A stretch of DNA of 64,000 nucleotides from Candidatus Merdivivens pullicola (GCA_017694945.1 JADIMA010000007.1:1722-65721), one strand, 5' to 3'; shown: positions 1-11,099, numbered from the stretch's first letter. Notes: generated by a model not told the origin, from the sequence alone. Made by a program: numbers and translations.

Positions 1-21
1 TTTTTCATGATTGCAAGATTT

Positions 22-1233
22 TTAAAAATTAAACTTATTGTTAAGATTCCTTGTAAAATACATTATCATGAGGAGTATCAGGAACAACACCATAGTTCCG
101 ATGATAAGCCCGCTGGTTTCAAGTTGCAGAAGTACATATATGAAAGCATAAAATACTGCCACGGCTGCTGCAAACCAATATGCTATACGGGACTTGAGGA
201 CGGCCACGAAATATGCTCCCAAAGATGTCACCGTAAGAACTGATGCTATCAGATAGGCAAGCCAGAAAACCACATATTCCGTAAAAGCCAAAAGGAGAAG
301 ATAGAAAAGGCAAAGCGAAAAACCTGTTACAATGTACTGCACTATATTGACCTGTCTGCCAGAAACCGCCTCAACGAAGAAAATCCCTGAGAACACCAGT
401 AATATGATGAGAAATGAATATTTCAATGCTCTCATAGACTGGACATATTGCGATACGGGAACTACGAAATCAACCCCAAATCTGTAACTGCTGTAACCTC
501 CCTGCGAATATATATTCCATTCGGCAGTAAAACCGCTGTCAGTGACATCCCTCTTGGAAGGAAGATAACTCCCGCTGAAACCTGGATTGGCATAATCCGA
601 CTGGAGCGACAGATTAAAAGTCTCGGCATTGTTCACAAAATCAAGAAACTTATATCCCTTCAATTTTAAACCAAGCGAATATTCCATCGGTACTCCGGAT
701 TTAAGCCCGTATGGATTCAAAGCGACGGACAACCCTCCATCGTCTGGCTGCATTTCATACTCTTTGCCATCAAGAACAAGAATCACATTTTCCTCAATGC
801 CTTTAATGTCTGTTATTCCGAAAAATATCTCGCACTCACCTTCTTTACGGGCTGATGCAACAGTTTCATCGTCAAGGACTATGACACCCTCAACATCAAG
901 CCCTGTCTTATATACCGGAACATCATATATTGAACGATGCAGCACCTCTACTGAAACATTACCTTTGATTTCCACCTCATCGGAAACATGCTTTATACTT
1001 TCTTCCGGCTCGTAATATTCCTTCGGCTTGTCAACCGGTATTTTAAAATACGGAGAAGTTATCAATTGCTCACCGCCCCATGAATTACCTATTTCCTGAG
1101 ACACTTTTAATGAAAGGCTTTCACGTTCGTCTATCTTGCTCCAAACCAAAAGTACCGGTATGAACATAAGAATGGCTGTGACCGTAACAACCACCCCTTT
1201 TACCACCAATTTTTTTGAACTTTTCTTTTCCAT
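22..1233 (-). CDS. creD: CreD-family cell-envelope integrity inner membrane protein
   Basis: 403-aa ORF. It has an N-terminal TM anchor, a large extracytoplasmic middle part and a C-terminal bundle of TM helices. The N-terminal block IDERESLSLKVSQEIGNSWGGEQLITSPYFKIPV resembles the CreD family. Confidence 0.6.
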   Translation of the reverse strand: MEKKSSKKLVVKGVVVTVTAILMFIPVLLVWSKIDERESLSLKVSQEIGNSWGGEQLITSPYFKIPVDKPKEYYEPEESIKHVSDEVEIKGNVSVEVLHRSIYDVPVYKTGLDVEGVIVLDDETVASARKEGECEIFFGITDIKGIEENVILVLDGKEYEMQPDDGGLSVALNPYGLKSGVPMEYSLGLKLKGYKFLDFVNNAETFNLSLQSDYANPGFSGSYLPSKRDVTDSGFTAEWNIYSQGGYSSYRFGVDFVVPVSQYVQSMRALKYSFLIILLVFSGIFFVEAVSGRQVNIVQYIVTGFSLCLFYLLLLAFTEYVVFWLAYLIASVLTVTSLGAYFVAVLKSRIAYWFAAAVAVFYAFIYVLLQLETSGLIIGTMVLFLILLMIMYFTRNLNNKFNF

Positions 1234-1386
1234 ATCATCTTGTTTTATTGTTTAACCGAAGCAAAGATGAATGTTATCACATTAATTGCAAAGCATTTAC
1301 AAGCCCCTTTTACGAACAGCCTCCAGAGGTTTATGAAATGGCCCTTATGGCTGACGAAAATTTAAACAATTTCTGAAAATATCTCC

Positions 1387-1394
1387 TAACTTTG
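1387..1394 (+). promoter_or_regulatory. Bacteroidota -7 promoter box TAACTTTG for the LytTR gene
   Basis: Exact TAnnTTTG match. Only 5 nt (CGGTC) separate it from the ATG at 1400. Confidence 0.5.
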
Positions 1395-1399
1395 CGGTC

Positions 1400-1762
1400 A
1401 TGAAAGAACTCATTTTGCCCAACAGCGGAACAGAAGTCCTCAAAGTACGTCCTGGCGACATCATCTATATCGAAGCCGACGGGAATTACTGCAACATGTA
1501 CCTTACAGGTGGATTCAGACAACAACTATGGTTCAACAGGCAGAAATTCATTTCATTGGTCAACGAGCAATTGAAATCCGAACGGCCTACCTTCATAGTA
1601 GTAGGAAGATTTTTCATTATAAACCTCGCATACATATACAAAATCAATCCCATAGAAGCCGAACTTACACTTTTTGACAACAACAGCCTTTCCCAGACTA
1701 CCCTGCACGTTTCCCAAGAGGCACTTGAAAAGTTAAAGGAACGGCTTACTGAACTGCAATAA
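1400..1762 (+). CDS. Stand-alone LytTR DNA-binding domain protein (no receiver domain)
   Basis: 120-aa ORF. The segment VRPGDIIYIEADGNYCNMYLTGG...FFIINLAYIYKI is typical of the LytTR fold. Confidence 0.7.
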   Translation: MKELILPNSGTEVLKVRPGDIIYIEADGNYCNMYLTGGFRQQLWFNRQKFISLVNEQLKSERPTFIVVGRFFIINLAYIYKINPIEAELTLFDNNSLSQTTLHVSQEALEKLKERLTELQ

Positions 1763-1772
1763 ATGAAATATC

Positions 1773-2678
1773 ATGAAAATCAACGATATAAAAAATGATG
1801 AAGATATTTTGGTGATAGGTGGCTCCGAATGGAAGCCCGACGAATCGGACAACGATTCGCAGGACAATATAAAAGACAGAAAATGGAAAACCATTTCCAT
1901 CATTCTGGCAACAATCCTCGTTTTAGGAGTTTGCTCTTTTATAGGAAAACATATCCTTTACAACTCGCAATTCCCGAAATCCCGTCCTGACAAGGAAATA
2001 ATCCGACTTCTAGACAATACCATGGAAGGGACTCCCGGAATCAAACCAAGTACCACCGAAAGCATGGGGGTTAAATTGAAGATTTACGCCCTCTCCGGGC
2101 TTAAGGCATCGTTTGCCGACACCGTGCCCGATTACAACGACCCTTCGGTATATTTTATTACACGCAGCGCGGACTATAAGATAGAAAACGACAAAAGGGT
2201 GATGATAGGAGACTTCGTACAGAACGGGGAAATACTCTCAAAAAGCAGATGGAGAGCCGGATTCATGGCCGTTTCACATGACGGAAACGCACAGATAGGC
2301 ATCAGCCGCAGCGACAAAGTACGCCGCCACATCTTGAAAGAAAACGGTTCATTCTTCCGCCAGATGGCCATAGTAGCCGCTGGAACAAGATGCGACAAAC
2401 AATACATCCTCAAAGGAAAAGTAACCCGTTGCGCATACGCTTGCGATGAGGCAGGAAAACTATATTTCATAGAAACAGCCTATCCTGAAACACTGTACGG
2501 CTTCGCCGACGCACTAATCGAATACGGATTCATCGACGCCGTATATGTCACAGGAGGCATACAACCAGATTTATTTTACAGGGACAGTAACGGAACGGCG
2601 CACGGATGTTACGTTGACGACAAACCCCATAAACTCATTGTCTGGACAAAGCAAGGGGATGATATTTCTTGCAAATAG
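1773..2678 (+). CDS. Single-pass membrane protein with extracytoplasmic phosphodiester-glycosidase-like (DUF2233-like) domain
   Basis: 301 aa. It has an acidic cytoplasmic N-terminus and one TM helix (WKTISIILATILVLGVCSFIG). The C-terminal domain carries GDFVQNGEIL...AGFMAVSHDGNAQIG...AVYVTGG landmarks reminiscent of DUF2233. It starts 10 nt after the LytTR stop. Confidence 0.4.
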   Translation: MKINDIKNDEDILVIGGSEWKPDESDNDSQDNIKDRKWKTISIILATILVLGVCSFIGKHILYNSQFPKSRPDKEIIRLLDNTMEGTPGIKPSTTESMGVKLKIYALSGLKASFADTVPDYNDPSVYFITRSADYKIENDKRVMIGDFVQNGEILSKSRWRAGFMAVSHDGNAQIGISRSDKVRRHILKENGSFFRQMAIVAAGTRCDKQYILKGKVTRCAYACDEAGKLYFIETAYPETLYGFADALIEYGFIDAVYVTGGIQPDLFYRDSNGTAHGCYVDDKPHKLIVWTKQGDDISCK

Positions 2679-2806
2679 AGACTATCTCATCATAAACTAT
2701 TGAAAGAGCCGACCGTATGCAAACGAATACCATTTAATTTATTGATTATCCGCAAAAACACCCCCACTTTCCGTTAATAAAGGGCTTTAGGATACGCATA
2801 TTATAA

Positions 2807-2919
2807 GCCACAGCCCGGCTTAATTTACACTTCTGTAATATATTGTAAATCAATCAAGTGTTAATTTACTGTTTTTCAGTACATAACAACACTCTTAAAA
2901 ATTAAGTCGGCGCGTGGCC
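2807..2919. repeat. Short copy (A) of a tRNA-Pro-like terminal-inverted-repeat element
   Basis: GCCACAGCCCGGCTTAAT (2807-2824) and ATTAAGTCGGCGCGTGGC (2901-2918) form an imperfect inverted repeat (about 14/18). The right end matches the ends of the copies at 26495-26512 and 28059-28072. Confidence 0.6.
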
Positions 2920-2982
2920 TTAACCCAAGAGACTTGCCAAAAACACACTTATAGAGTCGCGTTCCCGATTGCAACAGTCCGG

Positions 2983-3012
2983 AAAAACAAAAGGACGGCC
3001 CGAAGACCGTCC
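2983..3012 (-). terminator. Rho-independent terminator of frdAB
   Basis: On the minus strand: GGACGGTC-TTCG-GGCCGTCC (8-bp stem, UUCG loop) followed by TTTTGTTTTT. It lies 26 nt after the frdB stop. Confidence 0.75.
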
Positions 3013-3037
3013 CCTGTTTGAATAGCGTATCAGGAAC

Positions 3038-3817
3038 TTAATCCTTGAATTTAGCTTTAAGATATTCCCTGTTGAGACGTGCGATATGTGAAACAGTGAT
3101 ATGCTTAGGACATTCCATTTCACATGCACGGGTATTGGTGCAGGCACCGAAACCGAGTTCGTCCATCTTCGCAACCATCGCTTTTGCACGACGGGCTGCT
3201 TCCGGCTTGCCCTGTGGAAGCAAAGCGAGTGAACTTACCCTTGCCGCAACGAACAGCATGGCCGAACCGTTCTTGCAAGTGGCAACGCAGGCACCGCAAC
3301 CGATGCAGGCAGCAGCATCCATACTCTCATCGGCATTCTTCTTAGGGATAGGAATTGCGTTTGCATCAGGAGCACCGCCGGTATTAACGGAAATAAAACC
3401 GCCTGCCTGAAGTATCTGGTCGAAAGCCTGCCTGTTAACCACGAGGTCTTTGATTACCGGAAAAGCAGCACTTCTCCACGGTTCTATGGTGATGGTATCG
3501 CCATCATGGAACTTCCTCATGTGAAGCTGGCAAGTCGTAACTTCATCGTCAGGCCCGTGGGCACGGCCGTTTATATAAAGCGAACACATACCGCAGATAC
3601 CTTCCCGGCAGTCGTGATCGAACGCTACCGGACCGCTGCTTTTGCAGCCTTTCTCCACTGCAACGGGATCCATCCCCTCTTCGATGAGCTGTTCGTTGAG
3701 TATGTCGAGCATCTCAAGGAAAGAACTGTCAGGGGATATGTTCTTTACTTTGTAAGTCTCGAAATGACCTTTCGCCTTGGCGTTCTTCTGACGCCATACT
3801 TTAAGTGTTAAATCCAT
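3038..3817 (-). CDS. frdB: Fumarate reductase / succinate dehydrogenase iron-sulfur subunit
   Basis: 259 aa. Cys clusters CREGICGMC (2Fe-2S), [11 protein letters not shown] and [12 protein letters not shown] (4Fe-4S/3Fe-4S). It starts 5 nt downstream of frdA. Confidence 0.9.
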   Translation of the reverse strand: MDLTLKVWRQKNAKAKGHFETYKVKNISPDSSFLEMLDILNEQLIEEGMDPVAVEKGCKSSGPVAFDHDCREGICGMCSLYINGRAHGPDDEVTTCQLHMRKFHDGDTITIEPWRSAAFPVIKDLVVNRQAFDQILQAGGFISVNTGGAPDANAIPIPKKNADESMDAAACIGCGACVATCKNGSAMLFVAARVSSLALLPQGKPEAARRAKAMVAKMDELGFGACTNTRACEMECPKHITVSHIARLNREYLKAKFKD

Positions 3818-3822
3818 TAGCG

Positions 3823-5769
3823 TTAGTCTTTATAATTTCTGGTAGCAATTTTTATGTTTTCAAATACAAGAGGCTCCTTGTGGAGTTCAGGCTCTACATT
3901 GGCGCCTTTGTATTCCCACGCGCTGACATACATATAGTTTTCGTCATCACGCTTGGTTTCACCGTCTTCGGTCTGCATTTCAACACGGAAATGTCCGCCG
4001 CAAGACTCTTTTCTGTTGAGTGCATCCAAAGCCATGAGTTCGCCTATTTCAAGGAAGTCGGCAACTCTCAAAGCCTTTTCTATCTCAGGATTGAACTCTC
4101 CGTTCTCTCCAGGAACATAAACGTTCTTCCAGAACTCTTCCCTGAGAGCCCTTATTTCAGTAATCGCTTTCTTCAAGCCTTCCTCATTGCGGGCCATACC
4201 GACATATTCCCACATAATGTGGCCGAGGCGTTTGTGTATCGAATCCACGGATTCCTTGCCTTTGATTGAGAACAGTTTGTTAATCTTGTCCTTAACGGCT
4301 TTCTCCGCCTCATCGAAAGCAGGATGGCTGGTGTCTGTCTTAGGAACCTGGATTTTCGAAGCGAGGTAGTCACCAATAGTGTAAGGAAGGATGAAATAAC
4401 CGTCTGCAAGACCCTGCATGAGGGCTGATGCTCCAAGACGGTTTCCTCCGTGGTCGCTGAAATTGGCCTCGCCTATTGCATAAAGCCCGGGAATCGTAGT
4501 CTGGAGATTGTAATCCACCCAAAGTCCGCCCATAGTATAGTGGATAGCCGGATAAATCATCATAGGCTCCTCGTATGGATTGACATCGGTAATCTTTTCA
4601 TACATCTGGAAGAGGTTGCCGTAACGTGCTTCGATGACATCTTTTCCGAGTCTTTCAATAGCGGATTTGAAATCAAGGAATACTGCAAGACCGTGTTCGT
4701 TTACACCGTAACCTGCATCGCAACGCTCTTTTGCTGCACGTGATGCGACATCGCGAGGAACAAGGTTTCCGAATGCCGGATACCTGCGCTCCAGATAGTA
4801 ATCCCTGTCTTCTTCAGGAATCTGGGAAGCCTTGATTTCGCCCTTGCGGAGTTTCATCACATCCTCTTTCTTCTTAGGAACCCAGATACGTCCGTCATTA
4901 CGCAGAGACTCGGACATGAGTGTCAGTTTGGACTGCTGGTCTCCGTGAACCGGAATACATGTTGGATGAATCTGAGCAAAACAAGGGTTTGCGAAAAATG
5001 CTCCTTTCTTGTAGCACTGCCATGCAGCGGAACCGTTGCTGTTCATTGCATTGGTAGAAAGGAAGTATGTATTGCCGTATCCGCCTGATGCAAGTACTAC
5101 TGCATGGGCTCCGAAACGTTCAATTTCACCTGTAACAAGATTCCTTGCTATGATACCGCGGGCTTCACCGTCAATCATTACGAGATCAAGCATCTCGTGA
5201 CGCGGATATGACTTCACATTGCCTTTGGAAATGGCGCGGTTCAAAGAAGCGTATGCTCCAAGGAGCAACTGCTGGCCGGTTTGGCCTCTGGCATAGAAAG
5301 TACGGCTTACCTGTGCGCCTCCGAACGAACGGTTGTCAAGCAATCCGCCGTAATCCCTTGCAAAAGGAACACCCTGTGCGACACACTGGTCAATGATAAG
5401 ATTACTTACCTCCGCAAGCCTGTAAACATTGGCTTCCCTGCTTCGATAGTCACCACCTTTGATGGTATCGTAAAACAGCCTGTAAACGGAGTCATTGTCA
5501 TTCTGATAGTTCTTTGCCGCATTGATACCTCCCTGGGCTGCAATGGAATGGGCCCTGCGCGGAGAATCGCTGATGCAAAAAACCTTAACGTTATATCCGA
5601 GTTCTCCCAAGGTTGCGGCTGCTGAAGCACCGCCGAGACCTGTACCGATAACGATAATTTCCAACTTTCTCTTGTTGCCTGGGCTTACGACGCGGATCTG
5701 AGATTTATGCTTTGTCCACTTCTCAGACAAAGGCCCCTCAGGAATTTTTGATATGAGTTTTTCGGCCAT
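3823..5769 (-). CDS. frdA: Fumarate reductase / succinate dehydrogenase flavoprotein subunit
   Basis: FAD-binding motif [12 protein letters not shown] and the [14 protein letters not shown] block. I moved the start to the ATG at 5769 ([13 protein letters not shown]...). The 25 upstream codons of the ORF overlap mfd and lie upstream of a -7 box. Confidence 0.9.
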   Translation of the reverse strand: MAEKLISKIPEGPLSEKWTKHKSQIRVVSPGNKRKLEIIVIGTGLGGASAAATLGELGYNVKVFCISDSPRRAHSIAAQGGINAAKNYQNDNDSVYRLFYDTIKGGDYRSREANVYRLAEVSNLIIDQCVAQGVPFARDYGGLLDNRSFGGAQVSRTFYARGQTGQQLLLGAYASLNRAISKGNVKSYPRHEMLDLVMIDGEARGIIARNLVTGEIERFGAHAVVLASGGYGNTYFLSTNAMNSNGSAAWQCYKKGAFFANPCFAQIHPTCIPVHGDQQSKLTLMSESLRNDGRIWVPKKKEDVMKLRKGEIKASQIPEEDRDYYLERRYPAFGNLVPRDVASRAAKERCDAGYGVNEHGLAVFLDFKSAIERLGKDVIEARYGNLFQMYEKITDVNPYEEPMMIYPAIHYTMGGLWVDYNLQTTIPGLYAIGEANFSDHGGNRLGASALMQGLADGYFILPYTIGDYLASKIQVPKTDTSHPAFDEAEKAVKDKINKLFSIKGKESVDSIHKRLGHIMWEYVGMARNEEGLKKAITEIRALREEFWKNVYVPGENGEFNPEIEKALRVADFLEIGELMALDALNRKESCGGHFRVEMQTEDGETKRDDENYMYVSAWEYKGANVEPELHKEPLVFENIKIATRNYKD

Positions 5770-5794
5770 CTTGTTATTATATTGAATTTTGGCC

Positions 5795-5802
5795 CAAAGG
5801 TA
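5795..5802 (-). promoter_or_regulatory. -7 promoter box TACCTTTG for frdAB
   Basis: Exact TAnnTTTG on the minus strand. It lies 10 nt after the mfd stop codon (5813-5815) and 25 nt before the frdA ATG. Confidence 0.5.
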
Positions 5803-5812
5803 CAAATAATTT

Positions 5813-8800
5813 TCAATCATTCCGCATGGCGCACAGAATTTCATACGCCTTATCCATGTTTTCTACATTTCTGACTGAAATATAAAGATGTCCGTTGTTG
5901 TCCTTGAGTTTGAAGAGGGCCGGATGATCCTGGATATATTTTATGACTTTTTCAAACCTGGATGATTTGTAATATGGCGACATCGGATTGGATATGAAAT
6001 GCGCTATCATCACTCCGTTTTTTATTATCAGTTTTTCAAATCCGAGATAAACGGCCACAATCCTTATTTTTACGACATTTATCAATTGCTCCAGTTCCTC
6101 GGGAACCGGGCCGAAACGGTCTGATATTTCTTTTTTGAATTTTTCTACCGCCCGCTCGGAAGTCATGGAATCCAACTCTTTGTAAAGCCTTATCTTTTCA
6201 GCCTGCATGCTAATATAACTATCCGGAATGAACAATTGCATGTCTGTCTCTATCGTACAATCCGACAGATAATTGTCATCTTCCCTCTTAATCACGTTGC
6301 CTGTTTCGTAGCCGAGTTCTTCCATTGCTTCGGTCAGTATCTTCTGATATGTCTCAAAGCCCATGTCCGATATGAAGCCGCTCTGCTGGGCACCGAGAAG
6401 GTTGCCTGCTCCCCTTATGTCCAGATCCTGCATCGCTATATTGAAACCGCTTCCGAGTTCGGAAAAAGCCTCTATGGCTTTCAGCCTCCTTCTTGCCTCG
6501 TCGGATACGGAAACCAGAGGAGGAACTATGAGATAGCAATATGCCTGACGGTTGGAACGCCCTACCCTTCCCCTTAACTGGTGCAAATCGCTCAAACCGA
6601 AATTCTGAGCCTGGTTGATGATGATCGTATTGGCGTTAGGAATATCTATTCCATTGGAAATAATCGTGGTACACAACAGTATGTCATACCTTCCCTTCAT
6701 GAAATCCAAAACTTTTTCTTCAAGTTCCTTTGCTTCCATCTGCCCGTGCCCTATGCATATCTCCGCATCAGGCACTACCCCCTTTATTATGGCGGCAATA
6801 CCCGGAAGTTCCTCAATCTTATTGTGTACGAAAAATATCTGGCCTCCTCTGTCGAGTTCGTAATTGATAATATCCCTGACTGCTTCGGCACTGAAATTCA
6901 TTATTTCAGTCCTGACAGGTATCCTGTTGGCAGGAGGAGTGTTTATGATGGACAGATCCCTTGCACCCAGCAAAGAAAACTGCAAAGTCCTCGGAATAGG
7001 CGTCGCGGTAAGAGTAAGGGTATCGACATTTATCTTCAATTGTTTCAGTTTTTCTTTTGCCGCAACACCGAATTTCTGTTCCTCGTCAATTATGAGAAGA
7101 CCCAAATCCTTGAATTTAACCTCTTTTCCCAATAATTTATGAGTACCTATTATGATATCTGTCTTGCCGTTGGCAAGATTTTCAAGGACTGTTTTAGTCT
7201 CCTTGGCGGTTCTCATGCGGCTGAGGTAGTCGATTGTACACGGGAAATTTTTCAATCTTGCTGAAAAAGTATTAAAATGCTGGAAGGCAAGAATGGTGGT
7301 TGGAACAAGAACCGCTACCTGTTTGCTGTCCGCCACAGCCTTGAAAGCCGCCCGGATTGCTACTTCCGTTTTTCCGAAACCTACATCTCCGCATACAAGC
7401 CTGTCCATCGGATACGCTTCCTCCATATCGGCTTTCACCGCCTTCGTGGCCTTTTCCTGATCGGGAGTATCCTCATAAATGAAAGAAGATTCAAGTTCCT
7501 GCTGCATGTAAGTGTCTGCAGAATATGCAAAACCTTTGGCCTGCCTGCGCTTTGCATACAAGTCTATCAGATCCTTCGCAATATCTTTAAGTTTGCTTTT
7601 GGCCGATGTCTTGAGGTTCTGCCATGTCTTGCTCCCTATCTTGTTTATCTTGGGCTTGTCTTCTGTCTGGGATGACTTGTACCTTGAAATCTTGTGCAGG
7701 GAATGTACGGAAACGAATACGACATCGTTATCCTTATATACAAGTTTTACCATCTCCTGCATCTTTCCGTTCATGTTTACCTTTACAAGACCTCCGTAAA
7801 TACCGATTCCATGGTCTATATGGACTACGTAATCACCTATTTTAAAAGATGTAAGATCATTGATGGTCAATGATTCGCTCATTTCCACAGTACGTCTCGG
7901 GACAACCCTGTGGAATCTGTCGAATATTTCATGGTCGGTATAGCAGCATACTTTCGAATCATGGTCTATGAAACCGTTCTGCACCGTAAAGCCCGCACTG
8001 AAATCTATATTCCTGACATTGAAAGTATAGAATATGTTTTTCAATCTTTCCACCTGCGCCGGCTTGTCGCTCAGAATATATATGTGATAACCGTGATCCA
8101 TTCTTTTCTTGAGATCCTCGGTTAGAAGTTCAAAGTTCTTGTTGAACGACGGCTGAGGAGATATATTGAACTGAATCTTGGGTACATTTTCCATGGGGAG
8201 TTCCGCCGTAGCCCCGATAAACCTCCTTTTGAAATTTTTAAAAAATGAATAATAAGGCTTGTCTCTGAATATTTCCACTGTATCTATCCATAAGACAGTG
8301 TCTTTCGGGATAAAGGAAAAGAAACCGCATTTTTTGACATAGGTTTCATTGCTTGCAGATATATCTGGAAAAATCTCTACCGAATCCACAGTATCCGTTG
8401 ACAACTGTGTATTGGTATCAAACACTCTGATGGATTCAATTTCATCCCCGAAAAGCCCTATTCTGTAAGGGAGATTGTTTGAAAAGGAAAATATGTCAAT
8501 TATACCTCCGCGCAATGCGAACTCGCCGGGAACCGATACAAAGTCTGTCTTTGAGAACCCGTGCGAAAGCAGGTTTTCCTTAAGGGATTCCAATGATATG
8601 TCCTCTCCTTTTTTCAGAGTTATCACAGCCTGCCTGACTTCTCCCTTGTCAACGAACTCTTCCTCTATTGCATCGGGATATGTCACTATGACAAGCCCTC
8701 CTTCCGGAAATATTCCCCGGCTGTAATCGACGATAGCGCTTATAGCAGCAGTGCGCTGGACACTGAAAGTCGCTTTTCTTGCACTCTTTTCCAACCTTGC

Positions 8801-9034
8801 CCCTGAAGTAGGAAGAAGATACACCGAATCCGATTTCCTTATATTATATATGTCAGAAGCCATGTACTCGGCACTTTCCTTGTCAGGCATCAGGATGATA
8901 TTCATTCCGGAACTTATCACCGCATCGGCCAAAAAACTTTTTGAAGACAGATAAAGTCCGTTAATATATATTTCAGCGCATCCTTCTTCGGACAATCTGA
9001 GTATAGATTCGGTTTTTTCCTTACTTATAAACAT
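5813..9034 (-). CDS. mfd: Transcription-repair coupling factor
   Basis: 1073 aa. Helicase motifs [11 protein letters not shown] and DEEQKFG, a CarD-like RNAP-interaction region and a TRCF C-terminal domain. Confidence 0.9.
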   Translation of the reverse strand: MFISKEKTESILRLSEEGCAEIYINGLYLSSKSFLADAVISSGMNIILMPDKESAEYMASDIYNIRKSDSVYLLPTSGARLEKSARKATFSVQRTAAISAIVDYSRGIFPEGGLVIVTYPDAIEEEFVDKGEVRQAVITLKKGEDISLESLKENLLSHGFSKTDFVSVPGEFALRGGIIDIFSFSNNLPYRIGLFGDEIESIRVFDTNTQLSTDTVDSVEIFPDISASNETYVKKCGFFSFIPKDTVLWIDTVEIFRDKPYYSFFKNFKRRFIGATAELPMENVPKIQFNISPQPSFNKNFELLTEDLKKRMDHGYHIYILSDKPAQVERLKNIFYTFNVRNIDFSAGFTVQNGFIDHDSKVCCYTDHEIFDRFHRVVPRRTVEMSESLTINDLTSFKIGDYVVHIDHGIGIYGGLVKVNMNGKMQEMVKLVYKDNDVVFVSVHSLHKISRYKSSQTEDKPKINKIGSKTWQNLKTSAKSKLKDIAKDLIDLYAKRRQAKGFAYSADTYMQQELESSFIYEDTPDQEKATKAVKADMEEAYPMDRLVCGDVGFGKTEVAIRAAFKAVADSKQVAVLVPTTILAFQHFNTFSARLKNFPCTIDYLSRMRTAKETKTVLENLANGKTDIIIGTHKLLGKEVKFKDLGLLIIDEEQKFGVAAKEKLKQLKINVDTLTLTATPIPRTLQFSLLGARDLSIINTPPANRIPVRTEIMNFSAEAVRDIINYELDRGGQIFFVHNKIEELPGIAAIIKGVVPDAEICIGHGQMEAKELEEKVLDFMKGRYDILLCTTIISNGIDIPNANTIIINQAQNFGLSDLHQLRGRVGRSNRQAYCYLIVPPLVSVSDEARRRLKAIEAFSELGSGFNIAMQDLDIRGAGNLLGAQQSGFISDMGFETYQKILTEAMEELGYETGNVIKREDDNYLSDCTIETDMQLFIPDSYISMQAEKIRLYKELDSMTSERAVEKFKKEISDRFGPVPEELEQLINVVKIRIVAVYLGFEKLIIKNGVMIAHFISNPMSPYYKSSRFEKVIKYIQDHPALFKLKDNNGHLYISVRNVENMDKAYEILCAMRND

Positions 9035-9072
9035 TCTTATGTTAAGATTATGTTGATAACATGTTGGAACGG

Positions 9073-9080
9073 CAAAAATA
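9073..9080 (-). promoter_or_regulatory. -7 promoter box TATTTTTG for mfd
   Basis: Exact TAnnTTTG on the minus strand, about 39 nt upstream of the mfd ATG (9034). Confidence 0.4.
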
Positions 9081-9316
9081 ACGTGTTGAAAAAATAAAAC
9101 AAAATCTATTTACATATCTCGGGGAAATTTTTATACAAACGCATTATCGGAAATAACAACTGCTCCTGCGAAAAGTTGTAAAGTTTTTTTCAAATCCGTA
9201 TTGAACATGTCCCCGCTATTCCAATCAATTGATTTTTAATACATAAAAAAAGTTATCAACAAATTAACATAACAATAGAATACCAACAATTTTAACTTAG
9301 ATAAACAAACTAATAG

Positions 9317-9324
9317 TATATTTG
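9317..9324 (+). promoter_or_regulatory. -7 promoter box TATATTTG for ruvB
   Basis: Exact TAnnTTTG. It overlaps the TTG that opens the ORF-track call at 9322, which argues for the downstream ATG at 9343 as the true start. Confidence 0.45.
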
Positions 9325-9342
9325 TATCCTGATTTTGATGCG

Positions 9343-10368
9343 ATGGAAAATGCGGATTTTGATCCCCGGAAAATATCCGTGGGCAAGGACAAGGATTATG
9401 AAGGCGTGATAAGGCCCCAGGACTTCGACGAGTTTTCGGGCCAGGACAAGATAATTGAAAATCTCAAGATTTTCGTCAAGGCTGCAAAAATGCGCGGTGA
9501 GGCTCTTGACCATTTGTTGCTGCACGGGCCTCCAGGTTTGGGAAAAACTACATTGGCGCGCATAGTAGCCAATGAACTGGGGGTAAACATGAAAGTCACT
9601 TCGGGCCCTGTATTGGACAAACCGGGCGACCTGGCCGGGCTTCTTACTTCTCTAGACGAAGGGGATGTACTGTTCATAGACGAGATACATCGTCTGTCTC
9701 CGGTTGTGGAAGAATATCTTTATTCCGCTATGGAGGATTTTGTAATAGACATTATGATAGACAAAGGACCCGGTGCCCGTTCCGTGCGCATAGCATTGAG
9801 TCCTTTTACACTTGTAGGAGCGACTACCAGAAGCGGTCTGCTTACCTCCCCTCTCCGTGCCAGATTCGGAATCAATTTCGCTTTGGAATATTATGATACC
9901 GCGACTTTGGTAAAAATCATAACCAGAAGTGCTTCAATACTTGATATAGACATATCAAGCGATGCGGCTTTCGAAATAGCCAGACGTAGCAGAGGGACTC
10001 CGAGGATTGCCAACGCATTGTTGCGCCGTGTAAGGGATTTTGCCCAGGTCAAAGGCAATGGTTCCGTGGATTCCGAAATAGCCAAATATGCCCTTGATGC
10101 CTTGAATATAGACAAGAGAGGTCTTGACGCAATTGACAATAAGATTCTGAAAACCATCATAACCAAGTTCAAAGGCGGGCCCGTAGGTGTCAATACTATT
10201 TCGACAGCCATAGGTGAAGATCCGGGTACTGTAGAAGAGGTATATGAGCCTTTCCTTATAAAGGAAGGTTTCATAATGAGGACTCCACGGGGAAGGGAAG
10301 TCACGGATCTCGCCTATGATCATCTCGGAATATCCAAATATGATTCTTCAACCGGAAGTCTTTTCTGA
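9343..10368 (+). CDS. ruvB: Holliday junction branch migration DNA helicase RuvB
   Basis: Walker [12 protein letters not shown] and Walker [10 protein letters not shown], plus a RuvB winged-helix C-terminus. The start is set to the first ATG ([10 protein letters not shown]). Confidence 0.9.
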   Translation: MENADFDPRKISVGKDKDYEGVIRPQDFDEFSGQDKIIENLKIFVKAAKMRGEALDHLLLHGPPGLGKTTLARIVANELGVNMKVTSGPVLDKPGDLAGLLTSLDEGDVLFIDEIHRLSPVVEEYLYSAMEDFVIDIMIDKGPGARSVRIALSPFTLVGATTRSGLLTSPLRARFGINFALEYYDTATLVKIITRSASILDIDISSDAAFEIARRSRGTPRIANALLRRVRDFAQVKGNGSVDSEIAKYALDALNIDKRGLDAIDNKILKTIITKFKGGPVGVNTISTAIGEDPGTVEEVYEPFLIKEGFIMRTPRGREVTDLAYDHLGISKYDSSTGSLF

Positions 10369-10370
10369 TT

Positions 10371-11099
10371 ATGGCCAATCTTATAATTGATATAGGGAGC
10401 CTTTCCGTCAAGGCTGCATGGGCGGAAGGCGTGGAATTGGGAAAATCTTACAGATACCAGGGATACAGGGTGGCGGAGTTTGTTTCCAGAATAACTTCTG
10501 AAGCCAAGGCTGAAACAACAGTTGTCGCATCCGATACCCCTGTGCAGGGGGATCTGTATAGTGTATTGTCCGAAAATTCCAAAGAACTGATTTTACCGCA
10601 GGATTTTTTTTGTGCGGGTATTGATTTCGGAGAGGCATTCGAATCGCTTTCCCCTGCAAGGAAGGCCTCGTTGATTGCGGCGGCGTATTATTTTCCTCGA
10701 CAGCCTGTTTCCGTTTTTGATTTCGGAGCCATGATAAATATAGATCTGATTGACGGACACGGAAAATATCTCGGAGGTGCATTGTCTCCCGGCCTCAGGA
10801 CAAGGTACAAGGCAGTGAACAGATATTCGAAGAATCTTCCTTTACTGAAAACTCAGGATTCATTTAAAGAAATTGGAATGTCTATTGAGGAATCCATAGA
10901 TGCGGGCATAAATTCGGGTATAATTTTTGAAATTGAAGGATATTTGCGCAAATATCCTGAAAATATCAATATTTTTACAGGTGGTGATGCAAATTTTTTT
11001 GCCAGTAAAATGAAAAGACCGATATTTGCGATTTGTAATCTGGTTTTGACCGGACTTGCCTTGATAGCATGCCATTATGATTTTAAAGGAATCGCATAA
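10371..11099 (+). CDS. coaX: Type III pantothenate kinase
   Basis: 242 aa. N-terminal LIIDIGSLSVKAA (ASKHA-fold phosphate-1 motif) and a C-terminal IFTGGDA motif typical of CoaX. Confidence 0.65.
   Translation: MANLIIDIGSLSVKAAWAEGVELGKSYRYQGYRVAEFVSRITSEAKAETTVVASDTPVQGDLYSVLSENSKELILPQDFFCAGIDFGEAFESLSPARKASLIAAAYYFPRQPVSVFDFGAMINIDLIDGHGKYLGGALSPGLRTRYKAVNRYSKNLPLLKTQDSFKEIGMSIEESIDAGINSGIIFEIEGYLRKYPENINIFTGGDANFFASKMKRPIFAICNLVLTGLALIACHYDFKGIA

Noticed and set aside
5770-5844. Upstream extension of the frdA ORF ([25 protein letters not shown]) overlapping the mfd 3' end.
   Set aside because: The extension lies upstream of the -7 box at 5795-5802. It has no counterpart in FrdA N-termini, which begin MA.KL.SKIP, and it overlaps mfd coding sequence.
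9051-9261. AT-rich mfd-ruvB divergent spacer with an inverted pair of DnaA-box-like 9-mers (TTATCAACA at 9253-9261; its complement at 9051-9059), considered as a possible oriC.
   Set aside because: There are only two boxes, and each has one mismatch to TTATCCACA. There is no cluster of boxes, no adjacent dnaA or dnaN, and no obvious AT-rich unwinding repeats. The region is adequately explained as two divergent promoters.
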